Source: Waterburya sp.
GTDB taxonomy: Bacteria; Cyanobacteriota; Cyanobacteriia; Cyanobacteriales; Xenococcaceae
NCBI GenBank assembly: GCA_965217895.1
Contig: CBDCJV010000002.1
Coordinates: 704,001-768,000 of the forward strand
Direction of reading: 5' to 3'
Length of the DNA: 64,000 bases
In this document: piece by piece, positions 53,151 to 63,603 of the stretch
Layout: every line of letters starts with the position of its first letter
How positions within the stretch are numbered: position 1 is the stretch's first letter
The notes under the pieces: model-generated
Database searches by the model: none
The model's input: only the letters and a program-made list of their open reading frames with translations
Told to the model about the DNA's origin: nothing
Program-made: the position numbers and the translations under genes

Positions 53151-54857
53151 ATGAGAATCAACCGCGAACGATATGGAGAATTATTTGGTGCGACCAAAGG
53201 CGATCGCCTGCGTCTGGGAGATACTTCAATAATTATTGAAATTGAAGCGGATACAGGAGTTTACGGGGATGAATGTGTTTTTGGTGGCGGAAAAACGCTA
53301 CGGGATGGTTTGGGTTTAGCACCAGGAGTTACGGCATCTCAAGGCGCATTAGATTTGGTTTTAACCAATGTTATCGTCATGGATGCGGTGTTGGGCATTA
53401 TTAAAACCGATCTGGGCATCAAAGATGGCAAAATAGTGGGTATTGGTAAGGCTGGTAATCCAGATATTATGGACGGGGTAACACCCAATCTAATTGTTAG
53501 TGCCAATACAGATGTACGCTCGGCTGAAGGCTTGATTGCTACGGCTGGTGGAATTGATGGTCACGTTCATTTTGATAGTGCTGGGTTGTGCGCTGAAGCT
53601 CTTTCTAGCGGTATTACTACCATGATTGGTGGTGGTTTAGGCCCTGTTACCGTGGGGATTTGTTCGGGTGGGGCGCGGAATTTAGGAATTATGCTGCAAG
53701 CCACAGAAAGCTTTCCGATTAATTTTGGTTTCCTGGGTAAAGGTAGCTCTAGTTTACCTGCCAGTTTAATAGAACAGATCGAAGGTGGGGCAATCGGCTT
53801 AAAGATTCACGAAGATTGGGGGGCGATGCCTGCTGCCATTGATACTTGTCTGAGGGTGGCAGATGAATACGATTTTCAAGTACAGCTACACAGCGATACT
53901 CTTAACGAATCGGGATATGTGGAAGATACCTTAGATGCGATCGCAGGTCGTACCATTCATATGTACCATACGGAAGGGGCTGGGGGCGGTCATGCACCAG
54001 ATATTATTAAAGTGGCTTCTTATCCTCACTGTTTGCCCTCTTCTACCAACCCGACTAATCCCTATACGATAAATACTTTTGACGAGCATTTAGATATGGT
54101 GATGGTCTGTCATCATCTCAATCCTAGAGTACCCGAAGATATTGCTTTTGCCGACTCGCGTATTCGAGCCGAAACCATTGCTGCTGAAGATATTTTGCAC
54201 GATATGGGAGCAATTTCCATGATGGGTTCGGATAGTCAGGGAATGGGGCGCATTGCCGAAACAATCTGTCGTACATGGCAACTGGCTTCTAAAATGAAAG
54301 ACCAGCGAGGAGTATTACCAGGAGATAGCGATCGCCATGATAATCAAAGAGCTTTACGCTATTTAGCTAAATATACAATTAACCCCGCCCGCACCTACGG
54401 CATAGATCGCTATGTAGGTTCATTAGAACCAGGAAAAATTGCCGATATAGTGCTGTGGCAACCTGGATTCTTTGGTATTAAGCCCGAATTGATTATAAAA
54501 GGTGGTTTTATTACTTGGTCGCCCATGGGAGAGTCGAATGCTTCTTTAATGACCTGCGAACCAATTATTTATCGACCACAGTGGAGTAGTTTTGGTATTG
54601 CACCTCAAGCTACTTCCTTTAGTTTTATGACCCAAGCAGCCATAGATAAAGGCATCCCTAATAAATTAGGTTTGCAAAAACCAGCTTTAGCTGTAACAGG
54701 TACTCGTTCTTTATCTAAGTCTGACCTAATACACAATAATATTTGTCCTCAGATTAAAGTCGATCCTGATACATTTCAGGTCAAAGTTGACGGCGAACTA
54801 GCAATCTGCGAACCAGTCGATCGCGTTCCTTTGGGAAGATTATATATGTTTCGTTAA
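53151..54857 (+). CDS. ureC: Urease alpha subunit-like amidohydrolase (divergent)
   Basis: [38 protein letters not shown] and SDSQ metal/catalytic motifs are present; several normally invariant loops differ. Confidence 0.9.
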   Translation: MRINRERYGELFGATKGDRLRLGDTSIIIEIEADTGVYGDECVFGGGKTLRDGLGLAPGVTASQGALDLVLTNVIVMDAVLGIIKTDLGIKDGKIVGIGKAGNPDIMDGVTPNLIVSANTDVRSAEGLIATAGGIDGHVHFDSAGLCAEALSSGITTMIGGGLGPVTVGICSGGARNLGIMLQATESFPINFGFLGKGSSSLPASLIEQIEGGAIGLKIHEDWGAMPAAIDTCLRVADEYDFQVQLHSDTLNESGYVEDTLDAIAGRTIHMYHTEGAGGGHAPDIIKVASYPHCLPSSTNPTNPYTINTFDEHLDMVMVCHHLNPRVPEDIAFADSRIRAETIAAEDILHDMGAISMMGSDSQGMGRIAETICRTWQLASKMKDQRGVLPGDSDRHDNQRALRYLAKYTINPARTYGIDRYVGSLEPGKIADIVLWQPGFFGIKPELIIKGGFITWSPMGESNASLMTCEPIIYRPQWSSFGIAPQATSFSFMTQAAIDKGIPNKLGLQKPALAVTGTRSLSKSDLIHNNICPQIKVDPDTFQVKVDGELAICEPVDRVPLGRLYMFR

Positions 54858-54966
54858 TCGTGTCTGGTGTTGAAATTCGTAAGAATCGCTACTCCTATAG
54901 TTAAAACTTCATGATAATGTTAAGTCCAATTATTGTTAAAGAATGCAGTAGGGCAAAATATTTCTT

Positions 54967-55797
54967 ATGGAACGTACATTTGTTGGTACTCTCAAAACCT
55001 TATGGCGTTATCCAGTTAAATCGATGCAGGGGGAAGAATTAGACAAGTCAGATATCGACATAAAAGGATTATTGGGCGATCGCACTCATGCCCTTTGGGA
55101 CGTAGAAACTAAGCGCGTTGCCAGTGCCAAAAATCCGCGAAAATGGTCGTCTTTACTTAACTGTCATGCCACCTTTGAGCAAACACCCCAGGTAGATAAA
55201 CTTATACCTACCGTACATATTTCTCTCCCTGATGGTTCTACTATTACCAGCAAGCAAGCTGATATTAATACCCAGCTATCTAACTGGATTAAGCGAGAAG
55301 TAAAGTTTCTGACTACTGCCCCTGAAACACCCAGTCTCGACCAATACTGGCCAGATGTCGAAGGCACAGCCTATCAAGATACGGTGACTCAGTTGTTTAT
55401 GCCGACTGAAACTTTTTTCGATTCCTGCCCGATTCACGCGATTACTACTGCTACTCTTAATCGTCTACAACAACTTTATCCAGATGGAGAATTTGCTATC
55501 TGTCGCTTTCGCCCTAACTTACTGATTGATACCTTATCAACTCAAGCTGATTTTGTCGAAAATGATTGGGTTGGTCATATTCTAGCGATCGGCGATTCTG
55601 TTAGGCTTAAGATTGATACAGCCTGTCCTCGATGTGTCGTAACCACTTTGGCACAAGAGGGATTGCCTCAAGATTTAAATATTTTGAAAACTACTGCTAA
55701 GTATAACGATGTTATTGCAGGAATAAGATTGTCAGTCATTCAAGGAGGCACTATTCATCAAGGAGATTCTATCTGGTTGTTAGAAATTAAAGTTTAG
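54967..55797 (+). CDS. MOSC-domain (mARC/YcbX-like) molybdoprotein
   Basis: WRYPVKSMQGE, GDR, RFRPN, CPRCVVT (Moco Cys); no C-terminal 2Fe-2S domain. Confidence 0.9.
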   Translation: MERTFVGTLKTLWRYPVKSMQGEELDKSDIDIKGLLGDRTHALWDVETKRVASAKNPRKWSSLLNCHATFEQTPQVDKLIPTVHISLPDGSTITSKQADINTQLSNWIKREVKFLTTAPETPSLDQYWPDVEGTAYQDTVTQLFMPTETFFDSCPIHAITTATLNRLQQLYPDGEFAICRFRPNLLIDTLSTQADFVENDWVGHILAIGDSVRLKIDTACPRCVVTTLAQEGLPQDLNILKTTAKYNDVIAGIRLSVIQGGTIHQGDSIWLLEIKV

Positions 55798-55860
55798 GAT
55801 AGTTGTTCAACTGATTGACTATCATGGCTTTTAGAGTTGGCTAACTTATGGCAGTAATTT

Positions 55861-56931
55861 TTAAACTCTTTTAACCTGCTCTCTTTCTACCGCTTCAAAC
55901 AAGGCTTTAAAATTGCCTTGACCAAAACCTTTTGCTTCTTGTCTACGTTCAATAAATTCAAGAAAAAAAGTTGGCTGCTCAAAAATGGGCTGAGTAAAAA
56001 TCTGCATCAGTAAAGATTCTACAACAGGCTGATATTCTAACTCCCCTCGATCGCCATCGACTAAAATTTGCAGATCGGCGATCGCTTGCCACTCTTGAAT
56101 GCTTAACCGTGATTTATGCTTTAGCAGACGGTAATAGGACTGGGGTACGGTTAAAAAATTAAGATGAGGCTGCATCAAAGCCACGTCGGCAATCAAGTTT
56201 TGCGATCGCAATGCTAGATGTTGAATACCCGATCCACCATTAAGATTGATAAATTCTTGAATTTGAGAATTGGCTGTCGTTGGTTGATTAATATTAAACT
56301 GCACTTCACCGCTATCATTGATTAAAGCCTGACTGGTTAATCCTGATTTTTCGGTGTGAATATTAAAACTCTGCTGTATTTTAAATCCAAATAAAGACTG
56401 ATATAACTTGACAGCAGAGTCTAATTTACCCACAGCAACATTGAGAACAACGTGATCGATATGAGTAATATTTGTCTGGAAATCAGCCTTGAGCGAATAT
56501 GGCTCAATATCTATATCTGGTAAGCAATAATCAAATTTATCTGAAGTCCCTTCAATTAAAGTATGTTGGAGAGAATTCCAGCCAGTAATTTTGGCAGCTT
56601 TAAATTTCCCTGGTAACGATCGGTAAGTTTGAGGATGCTGTAATATTTTTACTCCTAAATACTTACCCTGACTAATAACTGATTTAATATCATCTATTCT
56701 AAAGGCAATATCCACTATCCCCGAAGGATGAAGCTCAAGATACTTGGCAACTGGACTAGTATTGCTTAAGGGCGAAGAAATTACCAAAAAAGCCGAATTT
56801 AAGGCAATTACCTCAGTCTGGGTGTGTTTATTAATACTTCTGCCGATCGCTTGAAAGCCGACATTGTGGATAAACCAGTCTCTTGTTCTTGCTGCATTCC
56901 TGGTATAGAAATGAACATGATCGATCTTCAT
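55861..56931 (-). CDS. hppD: 4-hydroxyphenylpyruvate dioxygenase
   Basis: IDHVV, SQIQEF, GIQHLAL, QIFT, FLEFIER, GFGQGNFKALFEAVEREQ; start corrected to MKIDH at 56931. Confidence 0.92.
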   Translation of the reverse strand: MKIDHVHFYTRNAARTRDWFIHNVGFQAIGRSINKHTQTEVIALNSAFLVISSPLSNTSPVAKYLELHPSGIVDIAFRIDDIKSVISQGKYLGVKILQHPQTYRSLPGKFKAAKITGWNSLQHTLIEGTSDKFDYCLPDIDIEPYSLKADFQTNITHIDHVVLNVAVGKLDSAVKLYQSLFGFKIQQSFNIHTEKSGLTSQALINDSGEVQFNINQPTTANSQIQEFINLNGGSGIQHLALRSQNLIADVALMQPHLNFLTVPQSYYRLLKHKSRLSIQEWQAIADLQILVDGDRGELEYQPVVESLLMQIFTQPIFEQPTFFLEFIERRQEAKGFGQGNFKALFEAVEREQVKRV

Positions 56932-56963
56932 AAAGTTATTACTGTCGTAACTGTTGAGCCTAT

Positions 56964-57821
56964 CTATTTCGTAGCACAAATCAACCCAAAACGAATCAAT
57001 CCCCTGGCATAGCCGCGACTCATCAGATTTAAAGATAATGCTCCTTGGATTGTTTGCCAACCTGCTTGGAATAAACCCATGATTGCCTGGGGTGTAATAG
57101 CTGAGTCGATTACTACATCCCAGAAAGGCGACACCGCCATCGACCAATCATCTGATTTAAGCTCATTAAAACCACATTCAGTTGCGATCGCCCGATACTC
57201 GGACAAAGAGATCACATAAGGTAGGCAATATACGCGATAAATTTCTTTGAGATGAGCAATTTCATTAACAGTTAAATTCCCAGCTAAAGAATCAGTTTCT
57301 CGATGACACCAGGTAGCTAAAATTATTTTTCCGCCTGGCTTTAAGACGCGATAACATTCTGCCAAGAATTTGGTTTTATCGGGCATATGTTCCCCGCTTT
57401 CTAATGACCACACCAAATCAAAAGTATTGTCCTCAAAAGGCATCTCTAAAGCGTTCGCTACTTCAAACCTAACGCGATCGTCTAAATCTGCTTCTACTGC
57501 CCTTTCCCTGGCTCTAAATGCTTGCACAGGAGATAAAGTAATGCCTGTAGCCTTACTGCCAAACTTTTGGGCTAAATATAAGGTACTGCCACCAATACCG
57601 CAGCCGACATCAATTATTTTCTTGGGCGCATTATTTTCAGCATAACCAGCCCAAATTAACAATTCTTCAATTAATTCTATTTGCGCCTGACGGCGATCTA
57701 ATCTGTAGTTACCATTCTTGCCATAGTAACCGTGGTGCATATGTTCACCCCAAACTTCCTCCCATATTCCGCTAGAGGCATCATAAAACTCTCTGATATT
57801 TTGATATAAGTTGTTACTCAT
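56964..57821 (-). CDS. vte4: Gamma-tocopherol methyltransferase-like SAM methyltransferase
   Basis: FYDASSGIWEEVWGEHMHHGYY, DVGCGIGGS, WSLESGEHMPDK, ATWCHR. Confidence 0.85.
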   Translation of the reverse strand: MSNNLYQNIREFYDASSGIWEEVWGEHMHHGYYGKNGNYRLDRRQAQIELIEELLIWAGYAENNAPKKIIDVGCGIGGSTLYLAQKFGSKATGITLSPVQAFRARERAVEADLDDRVRFEVANALEMPFEDNTFDLVWSLESGEHMPDKTKFLAECYRVLKPGGKIILATWCHRETDSLAGNLTVNEIAHLKEIYRVYCLPYVISLSEYRAIATECGFNELKSDDWSMAVSPFWDVVIDSAITPQAIMGLFQAGWQTIQGALSLNLMSRGYARGLIRFGLICATK

Positions 57822-57925
57822 TAAATTATGGCAATTGCGATCAGGCTTGTTACACTCTATCTAAATCTCTTTTTTTTCGCTGGAAATAATGGCATTTGGT
57901 AAAAAATCAGGAATGAATCTAAAAA

Positions 57926-58273
57926 TTAATTAGAAAAGCGAACATTGTTTTCCGTAACGACAACAAACCCATCAAATATTCTTTGAGGGTAAAGTACAAA
58001 TAAACGCTGTAAAACGTTAATTTTATTTGTAGAACGTTCGTCTTGAAGACGCATCAGAATTATGCCTTTATGAGGTAGTTTTTCTCGATAAACTTTTTCG
58101 CCAAAATCTTTATCATTGGTAATCAAAATCCAACCTTCATCAAAAGCTTTCTTGATAATTGCATCATCTGTAATGCCTCTAGCTTCTTCATAAACTGAAA
58201 GTACTTCGTTTCCTTCTTCTTTTAACCAGCCAGCTACTTTAATACCCGTACATTCATCTACTAAAAAACGCAT
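57926..58273 (-). CDS. DUF5615 PIN-like putative toxin
   Basis: MRFLVDEC…D…ILITNDKDFG. Confidence 0.85.
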   Translation of the reverse strand: MRFLVDECTGIKVAGWLKEEGNEVLSVYEEARGITDDAIIKKAFDEGWILITNDKDFGEKVYREKLPHKGIILMRLQDERSTNKINVLQRLFVLYPQRIFDGFVVVTENNVRFSN

Positions 58274-58283
58274 CTTGTAAACT

Positions 58284-58523
58284 TTATGCCATTAATGGCA
58301 TAAAAGTTGTACTTTCAAGAGACTGAGAAGCAAAGAGTAAACAAGCTCTGATATCTGCTTCGACTATATCCTCATACTCTTCTATAATCTCTGCTGTTGT
58401 TGCGCCATGAGCTAGAAGATTAAGAATATATTCTACCGTTAGGCGCGTACCTTTAATGACTGGTTTTCCAACCATTACTTTGGGATTGCTAGTGATCCTA
58501 CTCAAAAGTTGGCGATCGCTCAT
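58284..58523 (-). CDS. DUF433 putative antitoxin
   Basis: RITSNPKVMVGKPVIKGTRLTV…DIRACL. Confidence 0.9.
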   Translation of the reverse strand: MSDRQLLSRITSNPKVMVGKPVIKGTRLTVEYILNLLAHGATTAEIIEEYEDIVEADIRACLLFASQSLESTTFMPLMA

Positions 58524-58761
58524 AATTTTATTATAAAAAGCTTTACAAAAATGTTTGATGATTGTCTTGCTACTTATCTTTGTCTTTTATTCTTTAGTTT
58601 ACTCTTTTCTTTTTCATACTCTTCTTTTATTTTCTTTAATCTTTTGGACATAGCATTTCCAAAACCTCAGCCATCAGTATGCTACACAGCGAAAAATCGC
58701 CTACTTGACTCTAGAAGACTAGTTTTCAAAAGTTAAGTAGGCAATCTAATTTAATTATGTG

Positions 58762-58796
58762 TATAATGTGACTAGCGGTCATGTGACTTTCAGTCA
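58762..58796 (+). promoter_or_regulatory. -10 box followed by two TGAC-N5-GTCA palindromes (probable TetR operator)
   Basis: TATAAT at 58762-58767; tgactagcggtca at 58769-58781; tgactttcagtca at 58784-58796. Confidence 0.65.
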
Positions 58797-58814
58797 TATT
58801 AAAATAAGCACAAT

Positions 58815-59006
58815 ATGCCAAGCCAAACTTTTTTTAATTTACCTAAAGAAAAGCGAGACACCTTGATCAAAATTGCGCTAAACGAGTTTTCTGCTAATGA
58901 ATACAACTCTGCATCTGTTTCTCGAATTGTCAAAGAGACTGGTATTGCTAAAGGTAGTTTCTATCAATATTTTCAAGATAAAAAAGATCTTTATCTATTT
59001 GAATAA
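58815..59006 (+). pseudogene. TetR/AcrR regulator, truncated after the HTH
   Basis: MPSQTFFNL…SVSRIVKETGIAKGSFYQYFQDKKDLY, then a stop. Confidence 0.8.
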
Positions 59007-59047
59007 GGCATTTTTCCCTGATTATACCTCTTTTACCAAGATCCCAA

Positions 59048-59389
59048 ATGGCTTCTATAAGTAGTGGTGCAAATAAACGCATCGAGCAAGGAAAAAGTCT
59101 TTTATGGCAGGGAAAAGTTAATGAAACTTTAGCTTTATTTTCGCCTTTAAAAAAGAAACAAGCACAAAACTTTTGTACTTATTTAGAAAATCATCGCGAT
59201 CGCATTGTCAACTATGATTATTATCAAGCAGAAAATATTTGTGCCATTGCTTCAGGTGGGGTGGAGTCTACCGTTAAGCAGATAGACCGAAGACTAAAAA
59301 TTTCAGGCGCGCAATGGAAAATTGAAAATGTACCACAAGTCTTAAAACATCGATGCGCCTATCTCAACAATACTCTTTTTACTCAGTAG
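59048..59389 (+). mobile_element. C-terminal fragment of an ISKra4/ISLre2-like transposase
   Basis: LLWQGKV…YLENHRDRIVNYDYYQAE…SGGVESTVKQIDRRLKISGAQW; no N-terminal part. Confidence 0.75.
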
Positions 59390-59620
59390 TACTTATGTTC
59401 TTGTATAATTGACTTGCTCCCTAGTGATCAGTAATTTGATGAGTAGTATGTAGTAGATGAAGGCTTAAGTAAAGACACCATTTTGTTAACCTCAAACCCT
59501 TACCATATCTAACTTGCTACTTAAGCGAAGCGTTAGTAGCCTTTTGTTAGCTACTAACTACCTACTACGAACTACAAACTTAATATTTGAGATACTTTTC
59601 TCTATCGGATTTGGGTCGAT

Positions 59621-61273
59621 TTAGTTCGTATTAGCTAACAAAGGTGCAGCAGATAGAAGCTTTTTGGTGTAGGGATGTTTTGCTTGGGTAAATATCTTTT
59701 CGGTGCTGTCTATTTCGACGATTTGACCTGCATTCATGACGGCAATGCGATCGCAAAAGAATCTGGCAACCCAAAGATCGTGGGTGATAAATAAGTAAGT
59801 TAAGTCAAATTCTGCTTTTAAAGCCAGCATTAGCTCTAATACTTGAGTTTGCACCGTAGCATCAAGCATACTAACTGGTTCATCACAGATTACTAATTTA
59901 GGCTTAGTAATTAGAGCGCGAGCGATCGCAACTCTTTGCTGTTGTCCTCCAGAAAGTTCATGGGGATAACGTTGAGCATATTCTTTGGTTGGCGTTAAAC
60001 CAACTTTTTCGAGCATGGTTACTACTTGCTGCTTGGCTTCGGTGGCAGTAGCTAATTTATGAATCAATAAAGGATCGGCAATACTATCCCCTACATTCAT
60101 CAATGGATTTAAGCAGGCATGGGGATCTTGAAACACCATCTGTAGCTGTCGTCGTTGACTGCGCATGGCAGAAGGAGAAAGAGTAGTTAGATCCTGTCCT
60201 AGAAATTTCACCTGTCCCGCCGTCGGTTTGAGCAACTGTAAAATTGTACGGGAAAGTGTGCTTTTACCACAGCCTGACTCTCCCACAAGTCCTAGTATTT
60301 CTCCTTCATAAAGCTCGAAGCTTATTTCGTCAACCGCCTTAATTGTCGCTGCTTTCTCTTGAGAAAATAACTGCTGGAAAAAATTCGCCTCTAGGGTAAA
60401 GTACTGTTTTAAATTTTTAACTTCTAAAATTGGTGTTTGCTTAGTAAGTTTTAGTGGGCTATCATCTACTACCTGTAAGTGAAGGGCTGCATTTAACAAA
60501 GACTTAGTATACTCGTGCTGGGGCTGATAGAGAATAGACTTGACATCTCCTGTTTCTACCATTTTACCCTTGTACATTACTGCAAGGCGATCGCAATATT
60601 CACCTACCATGGCTAAATCGTGAGAAATTAACAGCAAAGCCATTTCTCTTTCGCTACATAGTCTGGTTAATTCAGTTAGAATTTCGGCTGAAACCGTAAC
60701 GTCTAAGCTTGTTGTCGGTTCATCGGCGACAATTACTTTAGGATTAAGCAGTAGTGCCAGAGCGATCGCTACTCGCTGTCTCATGCCGCCACTAAACTCA
60801 TGGGGATATTGTCCCCAACGGTTAGCAGGGATTTTTACAGTTGCTAAAGTTGCGATCGCTAACTGTTTAGCTGCGGATTTAGATAGTCGAGGTTGATGAG
60901 CTTTAATGGTTTCTAAACAATGATCGCCGATGGTCATCAAGGGATCTAGCCTCGTCATTGGATCTTGAAAGATCAAAGCCACTACTTCTCCCCTAAATTG
61001 GCGTAACTGCGCTTTATTTAACTCAAAGACCGACTTTTCTTGGAATACAGCTTTGCCTTCTACCTGACTTCCCTCTGGCAACAAGCGCATTATTGCCCGC
61101 CCTAAAGTAGACTTGCCACAACCAGACTCACCCACTAGCCCCATTTTTTCTCCAGGCTTAAGACTAAAAGAAACATCATCTACCGCCCAAACAGTAGCTT
61201 GATTTGCTTTATGGGGATAGGCAACTCGAAGATTGGCGACTGACAATAGAGCTTGAGTCATAATCTGAGTCAT
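59621..61273 (-). CDS. Peptide/nickel ABC transporter ATP-binding protein with two ATPase domains
   Basis: Two GESGCGKS motifs; YPHEFSGG and YPHELSGG. Confidence 0.92.
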   Translation of the reverse strand: MTQIMTQALLSVANLRVAYPHKANQATVWAVDDVSFSLKPGEKMGLVGESGCGKSTLGRAIMRLLPEGSQVEGKAVFQEKSVFELNKAQLRQFRGEVVALIFQDPMTRLDPLMTIGDHCLETIKAHQPRLSKSAAKQLAIATLATVKIPANRWGQYPHEFSGGMRQRVAIALALLLNPKVIVADEPTTSLDVTVSAEILTELTRLCSEREMALLLISHDLAMVGEYCDRLAVMYKGKMVETGDVKSILYQPQHEYTKSLLNAALHLQVVDDSPLKLTKQTPILEVKNLKQYFTLEANFFQQLFSQEKAATIKAVDEISFELYEGEILGLVGESGCGKSTLSRTILQLLKPTAGQVKFLGQDLTTLSPSAMRSQRRQLQMVFQDPHACLNPLMNVGDSIADPLLIHKLATATEAKQQVVTMLEKVGLTPTKEYAQRYPHELSGGQQQRVAIARALITKPKLVICDEPVSMLDATVQTQVLELMLALKAEFDLTYLFITHDLWVARFFCDRIAVMNAGQIVEIDSTEKIFTQAKHPYTKKLLSAAPLLANTN

Positions 61274-61538
61274 GATTAGCAGTAAAAGAGAGTATAGTTT
61301 ATCGCATTGTAATCATTAGAGAGAGTAGCGTCTAGACTAAATATTTATAGTGATTTGCCTGCAACAGTTAAAACAGTTAGGGCAGTAAGAGCAGTTAGGA
61401 CAGTCTTCTTTGACTACAAACTACTAACTATAAACAACAAACTTCTTTTTAAAGCCGAAATAATCAACATGAGTGACTCAGATTTTGTTAATCTTGAATA
61501 CGCTGTGTTTCCAACCTTAATTACTTTAGCTACCAGGC

Positions 61539-63329
61539 ATGAGAACAAACTACTGTGGCGAATTGCGAGCCAAACATATAGACCAAACCGTTACCATCTA
61601 TGGCTGGGTCGATCGCCGTCGCGATCATGGAGGCGTAATCTTTATTGATTTGCGCGATCGCACTGGCACGGTTCAAATTGTTAGCGATCCTCAACGCACG
61701 CCTCAATCTTATGCCGACGCGGAATCTTTACGCAGCGAATATGTAGTAAAGGCAGTAGGCAAAGTCAGCCAGCGTCCTCCTGAATCCTTAAATGATAAGC
61801 TACCGACGGGACAAGTAGAAATCTATGCCGAATCTATTGAGTTACTCAACGCCGTAAATAAACAACTGCCGTTTCAAGTTTCTACAGCCGACACTGAAAA
61901 TGTTGGCGAAAAACTACGTCTCAAATATCGTTATCTAGATCTGCGACGCGATCGCATGGCAAAAAACCTCCAGCTACGTCATCAGGTAGTCAAGGCAATG
62001 CGTCGTTTCCTCGAAGACGAAGAAAACTTTATGGAGGTAGAGACTCCAATTCTTACTCGCTCAACTCCTGAAGGTGCGCGGGATTATCTTGTACCTTCTC
62101 GCGTCAACCCTGGAAACTGGTATGCTTTGCCTCAGTCCCCGCAGTTATTCAAGCAGTTATTGATGGTGTCGGGATGTGATCGCTATTATCAAATTGCTCG
62201 TTGCTTCCGTGACGAAGATTTGCGCGCCGATAGACAGCCAGAATTTACTCAGCTAGACATGGAAATGAGCTTTATGTCTCAAGATGAGATTATTAAACTC
62301 AACGAGGCTTTAATCTGTCATATCTTTAAGACGGTTAAGAATATTGAGCTTGAGCGTCCTTTCCCTCGTATTACTTACGCCGATTCGATGGCTCGTTACG
62401 GTACAGATCGACCAGATACCCGCTTTGCTATGGAGTTAGTGGATGTCTCAGATATTGTTCAAGACTCAGGGTTTAAAGTCTTTTCGGGTGCGGTAAAAGG
62501 TGGTGGACAAGTTAAAGTCCTGCCTGTTCCTGGCGGTAACGATGCTATTTCTAATGTTCGTATCAAACCCAAAGGAGATATTTTTAATGAAGCCGTAACC
62601 GCAGGTGCTAAAGGTATTGCCTATATTCGCGTCCGAGAAAACAACGAAATAGATACTATTGGTGCAATTAAAGACAATTTGAATGAAGAGCAAAAAACAG
62701 AATTATTAAGCCGTACAGGAGCAAAACCAGGGCATTTACTGCTATTTGGTGCAGGAGATACAGCTACGGTTAATAAATCTTTAGATCGCTTGCGTTTATT
62801 TATTGCTCAAGAGATGGGATTAATTGATAACGAGCAGGTTAATCTAATCTGGGTAACAGAATTTCCGATGTTTGAGTGGAATGCCGATGAAAAACGCTAT
62901 GAAGCACTGCATCACCCTTTTACAGCACCTTACCCTGAAGATATCAAAGATTTAACTACCGCCAGAGCGCAAGCTTACGATCTAGTTTATAACGGTATCG
63001 AAATTGGTGGGGGTAGCTTGAGAATCTATCAAAAAAATATACAAGAAGAAGTCTTTAAAGTGATCGGCTTTTCTACTGAAGAGGCTTATAACAAATTCGG
63101 TTTCTTACTTGAAGCATTTGAATATGGCACACCTCCCCACGGTGGTATAGCTTTTGGCTTAGATCGTTTAGTGATGTTGCTGGCACAAGAAGAGTCTATC
63201 CGTGACGTAATTGCTTTTCCTAAAACTCAACAGGCAAGCTGTCTATTAACAGATGCGCCAGCTTTAGTCGATAACAAACAGCTAAAAGAGCTAGAAATTG
63301 CCTCAACTTACAAACCAAAGAAGGACTAA
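61539..63329 (+). CDS. aspS: Aspartate-tRNA ligase
   Basis: [43 protein letters not shown]. Confidence 0.97.
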   Translation: MRTNYCGELRAKHIDQTVTIYGWVDRRRDHGGVIFIDLRDRTGTVQIVSDPQRTPQSYADAESLRSEYVVKAVGKVSQRPPESLNDKLPTGQVEIYAESIELLNAVNKQLPFQVSTADTENVGEKLRLKYRYLDLRRDRMAKNLQLRHQVVKAMRRFLEDEENFMEVETPILTRSTPEGARDYLVPSRVNPGNWYALPQSPQLFKQLLMVSGCDRYYQIARCFRDEDLRADRQPEFTQLDMEMSFMSQDEIIKLNEALICHIFKTVKNIELERPFPRITYADSMARYGTDRPDTRFAMELVDVSDIVQDSGFKVFSGAVKGGGQVKVLPVPGGNDAISNVRIKPKGDIFNEAVTAGAKGIAYIRVRENNEIDTIGAIKDNLNEEQKTELLSRTGAKPGHLLLFGAGDTATVNKSLDRLRLFIAQEMGLIDNEQVNLIWVTEFPMFEWNADEKRYEALHHPFTAPYPEDIKDLTTARAQAYDLVYNGIEIGGGSLRIYQKNIQEEVFKVIGFSTEEAYNKFGFLLEAFEYGTPPHGGIAFGLDRLVMLLAQEESIRDVIAFPKTQQASCLLTDAPALVDNKQLKELEIASTYKPKKD

Positions 63330-63603
63330 GTTTGTAGGTTGAGGCTAATGTTAATTAAAAATGTTGATAGTCCCAAAGATGTATGTTCTCCGTCTAGCTT
63401 TTCCGTATTATAGTAAGAAAGTAGTTTAGCGATCGCTTTGTAACCGCCAGTCAACTTAGGTAAAAACTAACATAAGGCGATCGCCGTTATTTACCAATAT
63501 TTTTAGCTATACGAAATCACGCCAACCCTTCAGCTTTACTTAGGTAATCGAAAGATTTAGAGTCTATCTAAGTTTGATAATAATGCCTAGTAGAAGAATA
63601 AAA

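Noticed and set aside
56932..57147. N-terminal extension of HPPD in the ORF track
   Set aside because: Overlaps the methyltransferase gene; HPPD homology starts at MKIDH (56931).
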